Virus record (IMG/VR): IMGVR_UViG_3300008052_000004
Location: 1 to 42,743 of that record
Direction: 5' to 3' (one strand)
DNA from: a virus
Lineage: Duplodnaviria > Caudoviricetes
Length of the DNA stretch: 42,743 bases
Positions within the stretch are counted from its first letter, which is position 1. Every line of letters starts with the position of its first letter. A program made the position numbers and the translations under genes. The notes under the pieces were generated by a model. It saw only the letters and a list, made by a program, of their open reading frames with translations. It was not told the DNA's origin and made no database searches. Positions 28,977 to 38,198 of this stretch are shown in pieces.

Positions 28977-29990
28977 ATGGCTCTAATCACAGATTACGTA
29001 CGATCTATAATTCCATTTGACTGGAAAACGACACCAAGCGGCTGGTCGCATGGCAATTGTCCTATGTGCATTGTCAATGGTGAGAGTCGCCCTGATACTA
29101 AAGGCCGCGGCGGTTTCCGCTTTGAGGAAGAGAAATTTCAGTATAATTGCTTTAATTGCGGATACGCTACTGGATGGAGCCCTGGTAAGCGTATGAGTTT
29201 TCGCCTTAAAAAACTGTTACAGCAGTTTGGCGCAGATGAAAGTGATGTACAACGACTACAGTTAGAGCTAATCCGCGAAGATGAAATGGCGGCTATACTA
29301 TACAGACAGCAACGTCGCGATGCTCCTGTGGTTATTGACTGGCCTGAAATAGAACTTCCAGACGGCGCACTCCCCTTTATGGATTACCCAGAACCTGATA
29401 ACGATTGGATAGCTGCCGCAGAGTATCTAACACAGCGTGGGTTTGATATAACAGATGAACGTTTTCTATACAGCCCAGCTAAACTTCCTGCACGTATGAA
29501 CAAGCGTTTTATTGTGAAGTTTACATATCAGGGACGGGTTGTGGGATATACAGCACGTTGGGCAGGAACACCACCAAAAGATATAACAAAATACTATTTA
29601 AAACAGCCGCCAAAGAATTTTGTATATGGTTTAGACCGTCAAACAGCAGATAAATCAGTAGTAATAGTAACTGAAGGTCCGCTTGATGCTATCGTAACTG
29701 ATGGTGTTGCTGTTGGTGGTAATAGCATGAATATAGAGCAAGGCAACATTATTGACAGTTTAAACAAACGTGTTATATTGTTACCAGATAGAGACAAAGC
29801 AGGCGTCAAGTTAACTGAAGCAGCGATTGAGCGCGGCTGGCATGTTAGTTTTCCTGAATGGGAAGATTGTAAAGATGCTGGCGATGCACAAATAAAATAT
29901 GGAAGACTATTCACTGTTAAGAGTATACTTGACAGTGCAATAACTAACCCTACTAAGATTAGGGTATTGGCGCAGAGGTATTGTAGGTGA
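28977..29990 (+). CDS. DNA primase (T4 gp61-like, TOPRIM)
   Basis: Zn ribbon CPMC...CFNCG, YL..RG, VTEGPLDA, PDRDKAG, CKDAGD. Confidence 0.92.
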   Translation: MALITDYVRSIIPFDWKTTPSGWSHGNCPMCIVNGESRPDTKGRGGFRFEEEKFQYNCFNCGYATGWSPGKRMSFRLKKLLQQFGADESDVQRLQLELIREDEMAAILYRQQRRDAPVVIDWPEIELPDGALPFMDYPEPDNDWIAAAEYLTQRGFDITDERFLYSPAKLPARMNKRFIVKFTYQGRVVGYTARWAGTPPKDITKYYLKQPPKNFVYGLDRQTADKSVVIVTEGPLDAIVTDGVAVGGNSMNIEQGNIIDSLNKRVILLPDRDKAGVKLTEAAIERGWHVSFPEWEDCKDAGDAQIKYGRLFTVKSILDSAITNPTKIRVLAQRYCR

Positions 29991-31387
29991 GCGAAACAAA
30001 AGAATATACATTAGAACTACAAAAACTATTCCTAGAATTTTTAGCACAGGACAAGGATTTGTTCGTGCGTGTTAATGGTATTCTAAGTCCAGAATATTTT
30101 GATCGCAGCCTACGTAAAACTGTTAGTTTTGTAAAAGAACACGCAGAGGGGTATGGTGCGCTACCTACTCACGAACAGATACTAGCACTAACTGGACTAG
30201 AGCTTCGTGGCCTGGGCGATGTTGTTGATCAGCGACACAAAGACTGGTTTGTAGACGAGTTTGAACAGTTTTGTAAACACAAAGCACTTGAAGCAGCAAT
30301 CTTACGCAGTGCTGACTTGCTGGAAAAGGGTGAGTTTGGCGCAGTAGAAAAGATGGTTAAAGATGCTGTTCAGATAGGTCTTGCAAAGCACATGGGAACA
30401 GACTACTGGGCAAGCCCAGCAGATCGTATTGAAACGGTGCGCAATAATCGTGGCGGTATTAGTACTGGTTGGAAAGCTATTGACTCTAAACTATACGGCG
30501 GATTCAACAAAGGCGAACTAAACATTTTTGCAGCGGCGTCAGGCGGCGGTAAAAGTCTATTCCTGCAAAACTTGGCACTTAACTGGGCGATTGCTGGTTA
30601 CAACGTGCTATACATTAGTTTGGAACTTAGTGAAGAACTATGTAGTATGCGTCTTGACAGTATGCTTACTGGTTATAATACAAAAGACGTATTCCGTAAT
30701 GTAGAAGATGTTGATTTAAAAGTGCGTATGACTGGTAAGAAAGCAGGGCGACTACAAATTGTGCAGTTACCTAACGGTATTACAGTAAACGACTTAACAA
30801 GTTATATGCGCGAATATGAAGTCAAGACTGGGGTCAAGGTAGATGCAATGCTACTTGACTATCTGGACTTGATGATGCCAGCACAACGCAAAGTACCGCC
30901 AAGCGACTTGTTTATTAAAGATAAATTTGTAAGTGAAGAACTACGCAACTTTGCAGTAGAACATCAGCTATTGTTTGCAACAGCATCGCAGTTGAACCGT
31001 TCGGCAGTAGAAGAAATTGAATTTGATCACAGTCACATCAGTGGTGGCTTGAGTAAGATTCAGACAGCAGATAACGTGATTGGTATCTTCACAAGCCAAG
31101 CAATGCGTGAGCGTGGACGTTATCAGGTGCAGTTTATGAAAACACGAAGCAGTAGCGGTGTTGGACAAAAGGTTGACCTGGAGTTTGATAGAGAAGGTTT
31201 GCGTATTACTGATCTTGAAGAAGATGCAGCGGATAGTGAAACAGCCACTACTAGCAGCATCTATGACAAGCTAAAGAAAAAGACAGAGCTTGTTGGTAAA
31301 TCGAACAATTTAGCAGAGAACTCAGTGGTTGAACGAGCAGTAGAAAACACTGACAGATTGCGCAGTATACTCAAAAAGCAAGATTGA
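29987..31387 (+). CDS. replicative DnaB-like helicase (T4 gp41-like)
   Basis: ASGGGKS, SLELSE, LDYLD, TASQLNR, KTRSS. Confidence 0.93.
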   Translation: MSETKEYTLELQKLFLEFLAQDKDLFVRVNGILSPEYFDRSLRKTVSFVKEHAEGYGALPTHEQILALTGLELRGLGDVVDQRHKDWFVDEFEQFCKHKALEAAILRSADLLEKGEFGAVEKMVKDAVQIGLAKHMGTDYWASPADRIETVRNNRGGISTGWKAIDSKLYGGFNKGELNIFAAASGGGKSLFLQNLALNWAIAGYNVLYISLELSEELCSMRLDSMLTGYNTKDVFRNVEDVDLKVRMTGKKAGRLQIVQLPNGITVNDLTSYMREYEVKTGVKVDAMLLDYLDLMMPAQRKVPPSDLFIKDKFVSEELRNFAVEHQLLFATASQLNRSAVEEIEFDHSHISGGLSKIQTADNVIGIFTSQAMRERGRYQVQFMKTRSSSGVGQKVDLEFDREGLRITDLEEDAADSETATTSSIYDKLKKKTELVGKSNNLAENSVVERAVENTDRLRSILKKQD

Positions 31388-31406
31388 CACGATATATTGT
31401 TAAAAA

Positions 31407-31414
31407 GATAAATA
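31407..31414 (+). promoter_or_regulatory. late-type promoter
   Basis: GATAAATA. Confidence 0.7.
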
Positions 31415-31439
31415 CTGTTAATAATAACGGAGAACTATC

Positions 31440-31688
31440 TTGAAAAAGCGCACTAAATCATTGCTGGAAGAAATTAATTCTATTGCTCCTGCAAAAGATA
31501 AAACACAGATTCTTGAAAGCCGTGGTGCCAATGCACTTAACGGTTTAATTAATCTTCTAGACATGATTGATGAAAGTTTCGATTCTGAAACAGCAGCAGA
31601 CTTAAACAAGCGTATACTACTAAGCATTAAAAATCGCGACAGTGATAGATTCATCCGTGGCATTAAAAAACTGCGAGAATCAAGATAA
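31440..31688 (+). CDS. small late protein, probably head-internal
   Basis: TTG start with GGAG RBS; LLEE, ILES and LRES motifs. Confidence 0.75.
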   Translation: MKKRTKSLLEEINSIAPAKDKTQILESRGANALNGLINLLDMIDESFDSETAADLNKRILLSIKNRDSDRFIRGIKKLRESR

Positions 31689-32527
31689 TGAAAATAGATG
31701 AAATCATCCTTGGCGGAACAAAAAAGCGCCTGCACCGTGATCCACGTAAACGTCGTCATGTGCGCGACGATAATCTATATGATGTAAATTTAAGTGATTT
31801 AAGCGAAACTGAACTTGATGAAGTTATCCGTAAAATGGGCGACCAGTTTAGACTATACAGCAAAAAGGGTAAGAACCTTGGCACATATGATAGTCGTGCT
31901 GGTGCTGAAAAGCGTGAAAAGCAAGTAAACTATTTCAAGCATATGAGTGAAGGTTACAAGATACAGCTAGAACGTGCCGATGATATGTATATCCTACACA
32001 TATTAGATACAGAAACAAATAAACGTACAGAAGTTCGTGGCAAAAGTGATTATGAAACTACTGGTTACGATGCTAACGACAAACTACATCAACTATTAGA
32101 CAAGATTGGCAAAAGTGCTAACATCAGCGAACTAATCAACGGTGAAGTTGTAACTATTAATCCTAAACATCCTGATGCCGAAAAAGCAAAAGTAGCAACA
32201 GATGTAGCATTTAATGAAGCAAAAGAGATAGAACCTGATCCAGAAGGTTATAGAAAAACTGCATTAACTGCACCCGCAAACACATTGGTTATTGATACCA
32301 AAAGTGACTTGGATTGGTATAAACTTGGACAATACATTTCAAATCTAAATACTGACGATCCGCATGAGTTTGGGCAGTCAGATAGTGATATGGTTGTAAC
32401 CGCGGCAAACGCAGAGCAGCTAAACAAACTAAAAAGATTCTTGGACAAAGCAGGCGCAGCATATAAAGAGATCAGTGGTACACATGATCAACCAGAGTTA
32501 CACACGGAGAACAAGCGTGGCAGATAA
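31688..32527 (+). CDS. multi-module late protein, probably head-internal
   Basis: MKIDEI start; LYSKKGKNLG...AEKREKQVNYFK module; x-x-E junctions. Confidence 0.75.
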   Translation: MKIDEIILGGTKKRLHRDPRKRRHVRDDNLYDVNLSDLSETELDEVIRKMGDQFRLYSKKGKNLGTYDSRAGAEKREKQVNYFKHMSEGYKIQLERADDMYILHILDTETNKRTEVRGKSDYETTGYDANDKLHQLLDKIGKSANISELINGEVVTINPKHPDAEKAKVATDVAFNEAKEIEPDPEGYRKTALTAPANTLVIDTKSDLDWYKLGQYISNLNTDDPHEFGQSDSDMVVTAANAEQLNKLKRFLDKAGAAYKEISGTHDQPELHTENKRGR

Positions 32528-33272
32528 AAAATATACAGCAAGCGAATGGGCTCAAATTGAAGGCGGACACACTGTTGAGCCAAGCAAGCAAGGTTTAACA
32601 TTTATGCAAAGTTTGGGTGAAGCACGTATGTTTAAAACACGTGAGCAAATCTCCCATGCTGGCGCCCGCAGTGTAACAGATCACTTGTTTGTAAGTTTGC
32701 TAAGTCTATATGCCATGAGTCAAGATTACAATTATGCTCCTGTAGCAAAAGAATATGCACGTAGAACAAATCAGCTGGGGTCATACAACAACCCAAGTCC
32801 AAGCGGCACAGACCTTTATCAGACTATCTTCAGCGTTAAACGTCCTGATTTAATGCCTGGCGAAAAAAGCGAAATGCTAATGAACAAAGTCAATATCAAT
32901 GATGCAAAAGTAAAAGGTTTCCTAAACAAAATTAAGATGGGAACAATAACACCAGCTGATGCTTCAACATTCCTATTAAAAATGGAACGCGATCTAAAGA
33001 TACAAGATCCTAAATTACGTGCGGCCCGCCGTTTAACACAAGACTGGCACAAGCTATCAACTGCACAGCGTCAGTTAGTTGGTACACAGATTATGAAGTA
33101 TTTTAGACTAAATGCTCGCCGCAGTGACATGATGCCATTGTTTGTAAACTTTGCAAAAGACAATGGGTTAAATATAGATGATAAGAAAAAGCGTAGCATT
33201 GGTAAATCAATCTTGAGAAAAGCAGCAGCATTTGGTGCTGGTTACGCTATAGGTAAATCTGTAGAACTTTAA
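32517..33272 (+). CDS. hypothetical late protein
   Basis: GTG start at 32517 with GGAG RBS; LGEAR motif. Confidence 0.75.
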   Translation: MADKKYTASEWAQIEGGHTVEPSKQGLTFMQSLGEARMFKTREQISHAGARSVTDHLFVSLLSLYAMSQDYNYAPVAKEYARRTNQLGSYNNPSPSGTDLYQTIFSVKRPDLMPGEKSEMLMNKVNINDAKVKGFLNKIKMGTITPADASTFLLKMERDLKIQDPKLRAARRLTQDWHKLSTAQRQLVGTQIMKYFRLNARRSDMMPLFVNFAKDNGLNIDDKKKRSIGKSILRKAAAFGAGYAIGKSVEL

Positions 33273-33679
33273 TGCAACCAACTGAATACAATGTTTTCAC
33301 ACTTGTGGATATTACTGACACAAATGAAAGTAATCCCAAGGGCGGAACAAAAACATACAAACAAGCACAAAATTTAAACTCACTTATACAGTGTTTAAGT
33401 ATGAGATCACAGCCACTATATCCAAAAGTATCAGTGTTAACAGATCAAGACTTAAACGACTATGATTTTGGTATGGAGTTTACTGGAACAGCTACAGTAT
33501 GGCATATGCGTTTTACTTGTGAAATAGAAAATGCTTGGCAACGCAACGATGACAGAGTTTACTATGCTATACTTGATGTTGACAATGTTCCAATATATTC
33601 TGGACTTAATGAGAGCATTAATGTATATGAACAAAAATTGATATCACGAGGCAGAGCTAAAAACATATACTTAACATAA
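33272..33679 (+). CDS. hypothetical protein
   Basis: TAATG coupling; TLVDIT.T and Q..N..S..Q..S.R.QP motifs. Confidence 0.75.
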   Translation: MQPTEYNVFTLVDITDTNESNPKGGTKTYKQAQNLNSLIQCLSMRSQPLYPKVSVLTDQDLNDYDFGMEFTGTATVWHMRFTCEIENAWQRNDDRVYYAILDVDNVPIYSGLNESINVYEQKLISRGRAKNIYLT

Positions 33680-33690
33680 TTGCTGAATAG

Positions 33691-33698
33691 CATAAATA
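33691..33698 (+). promoter_or_regulatory. late-type promoter
   Basis: CATAAATA. Confidence 0.7.
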
Positions 33699-33779
33699 CT
33701 AGTGTAGTTACAGCAGAGCTGTGATTACAGAAAATCGGCTCTCGAATAGATGAGCCTGTAATTATGCGGAAGCAAGTGT

Positions 33780-34067
33780 ATGGCAACATCAAGACTAGAG
33801 CGTGAAAATCTCGAAGCCCATGTGGACTTATGTGCAGAGAGATATAAAACCTTGGAAGAAAAATTCGGACGTTTGGAAACAAAAGTGGATCAGATCGCAG
33901 ACAACATGGTGAAAATGGTAGAGAAGCAACAGACAGACAAAGTAGCATCAAATAAATTAATTATTGGTGCCGCCGGTTCAGTCATCGCTGGTTTACTTTC
34001 AACTATTGTTCTATTGCTGATGAATTTAAACAATGTTGCCCCAGTGATAACAACGTTGGGACAATAA
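33780..34067 (+). CDS. coiled-coil protein with C-terminal TM helix (XhlA/holin-like)
   Basis: HVDLCAERY..LE.K..RLE.KVD coil followed by hydrophobic LIIGAAGSVIAGLLSTIVLLLM. Confidence 0.65.
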   Translation: MATSRLERENLEAHVDLCAERYKTLEEKFGRLETKVDQIADNMVKMVEKQQTDKVASNKLIIGAAGSVIAGLLSTIVLLLMNLNNVAPVITTLGQ

Positions 34068-34070
34068 CAC

Positions 34071-34361
34071 ATGAAGTTTTTGAGCGAAGCATATAATACA
34101 GTTGTAACAGAAGCAAAGGTAGTCTTTGCAAGGCGTGGTAAAAGTATCACCAAGAAATTCCGTTGCACCACTGGTAAACGTCAAGGTCGTGTAGTAGCAA
34201 GTCCACAACAGTGTTCTGCTCCTATTGACCTTAAAAAACGTTTTGTTATGAAACGCACAAAAGCCTCAAAGGGTAAACGTATGACACGCAAAGCACAGCG
34301 CACTAAACGCATAAACCCAGCAAGTAAAATTGTTGCACAGCTAAACAAGGCAAGATCATGA
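34071..34361 (+). CDS. highly basic small late protein
   Basis: K/R-rich; MKFLSEA leader; RCT.G.R.GRVV...QC. Confidence 0.75.
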   Translation: MKFLSEAYNTVVTEAKVVFARRGKSITKKFRCTTGKRQGRVVASPQQCSAPIDLKKRFVMKRTKASKGKRMTRKAQRTKRINPASKIVAQLNKARS

Positions 34362-34843
34362 AGATAAAAAATAATTCAATTATTGACACAATTATAGAAT
34401 ATGCTAATGTAAAGTTTGGTGTAGAACTATCACAGGAAGCAGTTGGTGCGCAGCTTAAAGAACTAAATCTTACAAAAACTCTTGCACTAGTTGATGCAAT
34501 CAAAACTGATAATGCTGATGTATTCAACGACTACATTGACATAAGTGTTGAAGAAGCGTATGGTACATCGGGTACAATAGCAGGGCAAAGTGCAGCAACA
34601 GCAGATCAGATGGCAACAGTTGCTAATCAACAGAACAGACAAGCTAAATTAGCATCAGCACCAAGAACAGCATCCAACCAACGTACAGTAGCAGGCGGTG
34701 CAAAAAAAGCAACAGGTACACGTGCGGCAGTCAATCCAGACGATCAGCAACGTGCTAATAACGCAGCTGGTGTACAACAAAACACAGATGAAATTAGTAG
34801 ACTGAGAAGTCTAGTACAACAAATGACAAAGGGCCAAGGATAA
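34358..34843 (+). CDS. hypothetical late protein
   Basis: ATGA coupling; Ala/Gln-rich C-terminal half. Confidence 0.75.
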   Translation: MKIKNNSIIDTIIEYANVKFGVELSQEAVGAQLKELNLTKTLALVDAIKTDNADVFNDYIDISVEEAYGTSGTIAGQSAATADQMATVANQQNRQAKLASAPRTASNQRTVAGGAKKATGTRAAVNPDDQQRANNAAGVQQNTDEISRLRSLVQQMTKGQG

Positions 34844-35052
34844 TGAAACTTGTAGAGGCTCCAGGCGGAATTGATGTATTCTTAACAAACGACGAACACC
34901 GTGTGTGGGAAGGGTTATGTGAAGAAACATGTAAAGAAGACCTGTCAGAGCGCCAAGCATACATTGCACAAACTTTGGTTAACAAGGGCGTTGTTAAGCG
35001 CAGCGTTCGCGAGGGTAAAACATATTATAGTAGACTAAAAGGGAGCCTATAA
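34843..35052 (+). CDS. small protein, possible winged-helix
   Basis: LSERQAYIAQTLVNKGVVKR...G..YY pattern; TAATG coupling. Confidence 0.65.
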   Translation: MKLVEAPGGIDVFLTNDEHRVWEGLCEETCKEDLSERQAYIAQTLVNKGVVKRSVREGKTYYSRLKGSL

Positions 35053-35053
35053 A

Positions 35054-35647
35054 ATGCCAACACCAGAAGAAACGCGGGGTATGCAAAATATCCTCGAAAA
35101 ACTTAACAGTGCTATGACAAAGACTGACAAAGTTAGAACTTACATTGATGAGTCTGGCGAAAAAGTTACACGTATTGAGAAGGCAAATGTAAGTCCTGAG
35201 GCTCAAGAAATGTACGACATTCTTAATAAACTACACAGTGCTACAGCAACAGAAGCAAAGCAGCTAGTAGTAGAAGAATCAGCACCAGTAACTTCATTTG
35301 GCGTTGGCGGATTGAATGTTGTGCTAAACAAGCGCAGTATCAACGGCTACAAGAAAACATATTACAGTATCACAGAAGACGGTGAGACAACAGTAGAAGA
35401 CTTAGCACTATTTGAAAGTGCTATGGCTATTGTTAAAAACAAACTTGACAGTGAAGATACACAAAAGACAAATCGTATCATTCAACTAGATCTTCAGTAT
35501 GCTTCATATCTAGAAGAAGCCGCTGCACACAAGCAACGTGCTAAAATGATTTCAGAATCTGCACGTTATGATGTTGCTATGACAAAGCATGGTGTTGCCG
35601 TTGATAAAATGAAGCAAATCAAAGCACAAATTAAAAAATTATTGTAA
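35054..35647 (+). CDS. hypothetical late protein
   Basis: GGGAG RBS; 197 aa. Confidence 0.75.
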   Translation: MPTPEETRGMQNILEKLNSAMTKTDKVRTYIDESGEKVTRIEKANVSPEAQEMYDILNKLHSATATEAKQLVVEESAPVTSFGVGGLNVVLNKRSINGYKKTYYSITEDGETTVEDLALFESAMAIVKNKLDSEDTQKTNRIIQLDLQYASYLEEAAAHKQRAKMISESARYDVAMTKHGVAVDKMKQIKAQIKKLL

Positions 35648-35661
35648 AATTAGTTAATCTG

Positions 35662-35669
35662 CATAAATA
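35662..35669 (+). promoter_or_regulatory. late-type promoter
   Basis: CATAAATA. Confidence 0.7.
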
Positions 35670-35700
35670 CAATATACAGTTAACTAGCGAGGTTATCATC

Positions 35701-36504
35701 ATGAATTTACACGATTTGCAAGAGAACAAATTTGCGAAACTACAACGTGCGCTAAAGGAAGTCTTCGATATGGATTTCAACTTTGAAGCAGCACCAGAAA
35801 AACTAGTCAAGGTTCAAGAAGCAACCGCAAAGCGTATCACATCACTTAAAGAGAGTGGCGTAGATGCAAGCAACAAAGACTACCAAAAACTACTATTAAT
35901 CAAAGAGGGACTAAAGATGGTCATTAATGAGATTGCGCCAGCAAAAGCAAAGAAGCGCAAAATAAAAGAATCAGCTGACCTAGATCAGGCAGAAGTCCTT
36001 CTAGCAGCTAAACAAATGGCTGACGACCTACAGAAGATGGCAGAAGACTTGGCAAGTATGCAAGTTGAAGACCTAATGAGCATTACAAATGCTATGAAGG
36101 AAGAAGTAGGTACAGCAGAAGCAGAAGCATTTAATGCAGCAGCAGAAGCGGCAATTAGCTCAGCACTTGAAGCAGTTAAAGCAGCTAACGAAGGCGTAAG
36201 CAACGCAGTACTAGCAGCACAAGGTCAACCAGTAGCAACAGACATGGGCATGGATGCAGGTGCAGACATGGGTCCAGAAATGCCAGCTGGTGACGACATG
36301 GGCGGCGATCTAGATATCGAAGCAGGCGTTGCTGATGATGAGTTTGCAGGCGCAGACGGTGCAGACGCAAGTTTTGACGACACTGGTCGCGAGATGAAGG
36401 AAGATGCATATCTAGCAGCAATGCGTATGGTAAAAGAAGCACAAGCTAATGGCACAGTTAACAAATCAGTGCTAAAAGCAGCATTTGCTAAACTAAGAGG
36501 CTAA
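35701..36504 (+). CDS. acidic helical protein, possible prohead core/scaffold component
   Basis: GAGG RBS; many L/I/M-K-E sites; Ala-rich helix and Gly/Asp/Met-rich spacer. Confidence 0.7.
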   Translation: MNLHDLQENKFAKLQRALKEVFDMDFNFEAAPEKLVKVQEATAKRITSLKESGVDASNKDYQKLLLIKEGLKMVINEIAPAKAKKRKIKESADLDQAEVLLAAKQMADDLQKMAEDLASMQVEDLMSITNAMKEEVGTAEAEAFNAAAEAAISSALEAVKAANEGVSNAVLAAQGQPVATDMGMDAGADMGPEMPAGDDMGGDLDIEAGVADDEFAGADGADASFDDTGREMKEDAYLAAMRMVKEAQANGTVNKSVLKAAFAKLRG

Positions 36505-36505
36505 T

Positions 36506-36847
36506 ATGCGTTATACAGATCTTGTTGGAATACTAAAGGAAGCGGACGATATCAACCAAGCAGTGTTAGATGTTCTAACAACAATCGCTGGTGAAGAGGT
36601 CAGCACTGCTAACTTTGGATTAATTCAACAAGAACTAAGTGCGCAAGGTTATGACGTGGACGACAATGCGTTATTCGATATATTGAATAACCTCGCAATT
36701 GTCAGAAATATTGAGAACGATGTTGTCCACTTCAACACTGACAGTGATCAAAGTAAAGGCCAAAGCCAAGAAACTGATCCTGAGAAAGACAAAAAACACG
36801 TTAGTAAACTTGCCCGCAAGCAGGTTAAGAAGGGGTTAGAAAAATGA
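36506..36847 (+). CDS. hypothetical late protein
   Basis: GAGG RBS; ILKEA leader. Confidence 0.75.
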   Translation: MRYTDLVGILKEADDINQAVLDVLTTIAGEEVSTANFGLIQQELSAQGYDVDDNALFDILNNLAIVRNIENDVVHFNTDSDQSKGQSQETDPEKDKKHVSKLARKQVKKGLEK

Positions 36848-37461
36848 CAGTTGGTTTAAACGCAGCGCAAGCTAGAGCAAATAGTCAACAAGATATGATT
36901 ATTTTTAATGAAGCTACCAGTATAATGGAAGCTATCATTGCTGCAAGTGCCACCGGCGAGTATGAAACAACCGTAAACGACGGAACTGTAATGACAGAAT
37001 CAACACCGGCAGTAACTATCACTGGTACAGTTCAAAATCCAACAGTTACTCCAGGAGCAACAGTTATTATTAACGGATCATCAGTAACTCTTGGCGCTAG
37101 TGGTACTACCCTTAATGCAGTGATCGCAGATATTAATGATGCAGCAATCCCTGGAGTAGTAGCATCAAAATTAAATAGCTATCTAGTTTTAACAGTTACG
37201 CTACCAGCTTCAACTACTTGGCAATATACAGTAGGAGCAGGAAATGCAAACGCAGAGTTGGGATTAACAGCAGGTACATATACCGCAAGTAATCCAGACA
37301 GTGTTGGTTACTTTGATGCATGGCAAGGTACAAGCACAGATCGTCCAGCCGTAAATCAAATGGATACAATAATCAAACACTTCCGTAATCTTGGATACAA
37401 GATTGAGCGTCTCTCAAACACTGTAACAGGAAAAACATTCAGCTGGTATGTCTATTGGTAA
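36844..37461 (+). CDS. probable virion structural protein
   Basis: Thr/Gly/Ala-rich; insert resembling sheath/flagellin-type ..INGSSVTL...TL..VIADIN.A.IPGV.AS. Confidence 0.7.
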   Translation: MTVGLNAAQARANSQQDMIIFNEATSIMEAIIAASATGEYETTVNDGTVMTESTPAVTITGTVQNPTVTPGATVIINGSSVTLGASGTTLNAVIADINDAAIPGVVASKLNSYLVLTVTLPASTTWQYTVGAGNANAELGLTAGTYTASNPDSVGYFDAWQGTSTDRPAVNQMDTIIKHFRNLGYKIERLSNTVTGKTFSWYVYW

Positions 37462-38179
37462 AAAAATAGCATTCATTGGATGTAGTTATAGTTCATATGT
37501 AGATGGCGTAGAGAACCTAGGAGATAGTTGGACATACCAACTGTACCAAAAATTTCCACAACATACTTATAGAAATTATGCCCGTGGCGGCCGCGGCCCT
37601 GACTACTTTTCTTGGGCTATACTTGACGCGAAGCTATGGGGAGCTGATATAATATTTGTAAGCAGTTCTTATGCTGGCCGCGGATCCATCTTAATTGATG
37701 GAATTTCTCCCTACACAACAAAACTAGAGTGGGAAGCTAGACTTATATCAGAAAATTACTACGATATGGATTTGCAAACTCCGCATATTTGGTGTTCTGC
37801 TACCTCTAAATCTATACAAAAAACAAAATCAAATAAAGATATAGAACGATTAGCAGAACTCTTATTAGATTACTCGCTTGCTTCTGATCAAAAACTATCC
37901 TACGAAAAAGCATGGTACCAACAACTTCCTAAACTATATAACTTCGAACATATATTTGTTCTAAATTTTACCAAGTGGGTATCTTACGGTCAGATATCAA
38001 ATATACAAAAGATGTCAGTCTGGGAAATGCTAGGCGAAGTCTCAAATTGCGGTCCTCGTCATTTGGCCGCCACCGGTATATGTATATCTGAAGACAACGA
38101 TCATTGGACATACCATGGTCACAATCTAGTACTAAATCACTATGTATTAACAAAAGAAGTTCTTGACGCACTAACATAA
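37448..38179 (+). CDS. SGNH/GDSL-like hydrolase, AT-rich
   Basis: IAFIGCSYS, NYARGGRG, DNDHWTYHGH. Confidence 0.7.
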   Translation: MSIGKKIAFIGCSYSSYVDGVENLGDSWTYQLYQKFPQHTYRNYARGGRGPDYFSWAILDAKLWGADIIFVSSSYAGRGSILIDGISPYTTKLEWEARLISENYYDMDLQTPHIWCSATSKSIQKTKSNKDIERLAELLLDYSLASDQKLSYEKAWYQQLPKLYNFEHIFVLNFTKWVSYGQISNIQKMSVWEMLGEVSNCGPRHLAATGICISEDNDHWTYHGHNLVLNHYVLTKEVLDALT

Positions 38180-38191
38180 ATCGTGTAGAGT
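38163..38191 (+). promoter_or_regulatory. sigma70-type promoter
   Basis: TTGACG-17-TAGAGT, 7 nt before the ATG. Confidence 0.6.
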
Positions 38192-38198
38192 AGAACGT

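Noticed and set aside
31384-31412. TTGACA at the helicase stop as a sigma70 promoter
   Set aside because: There is no good -10 at 17 bp; the GATAAATA late motif explains the downstream genes.
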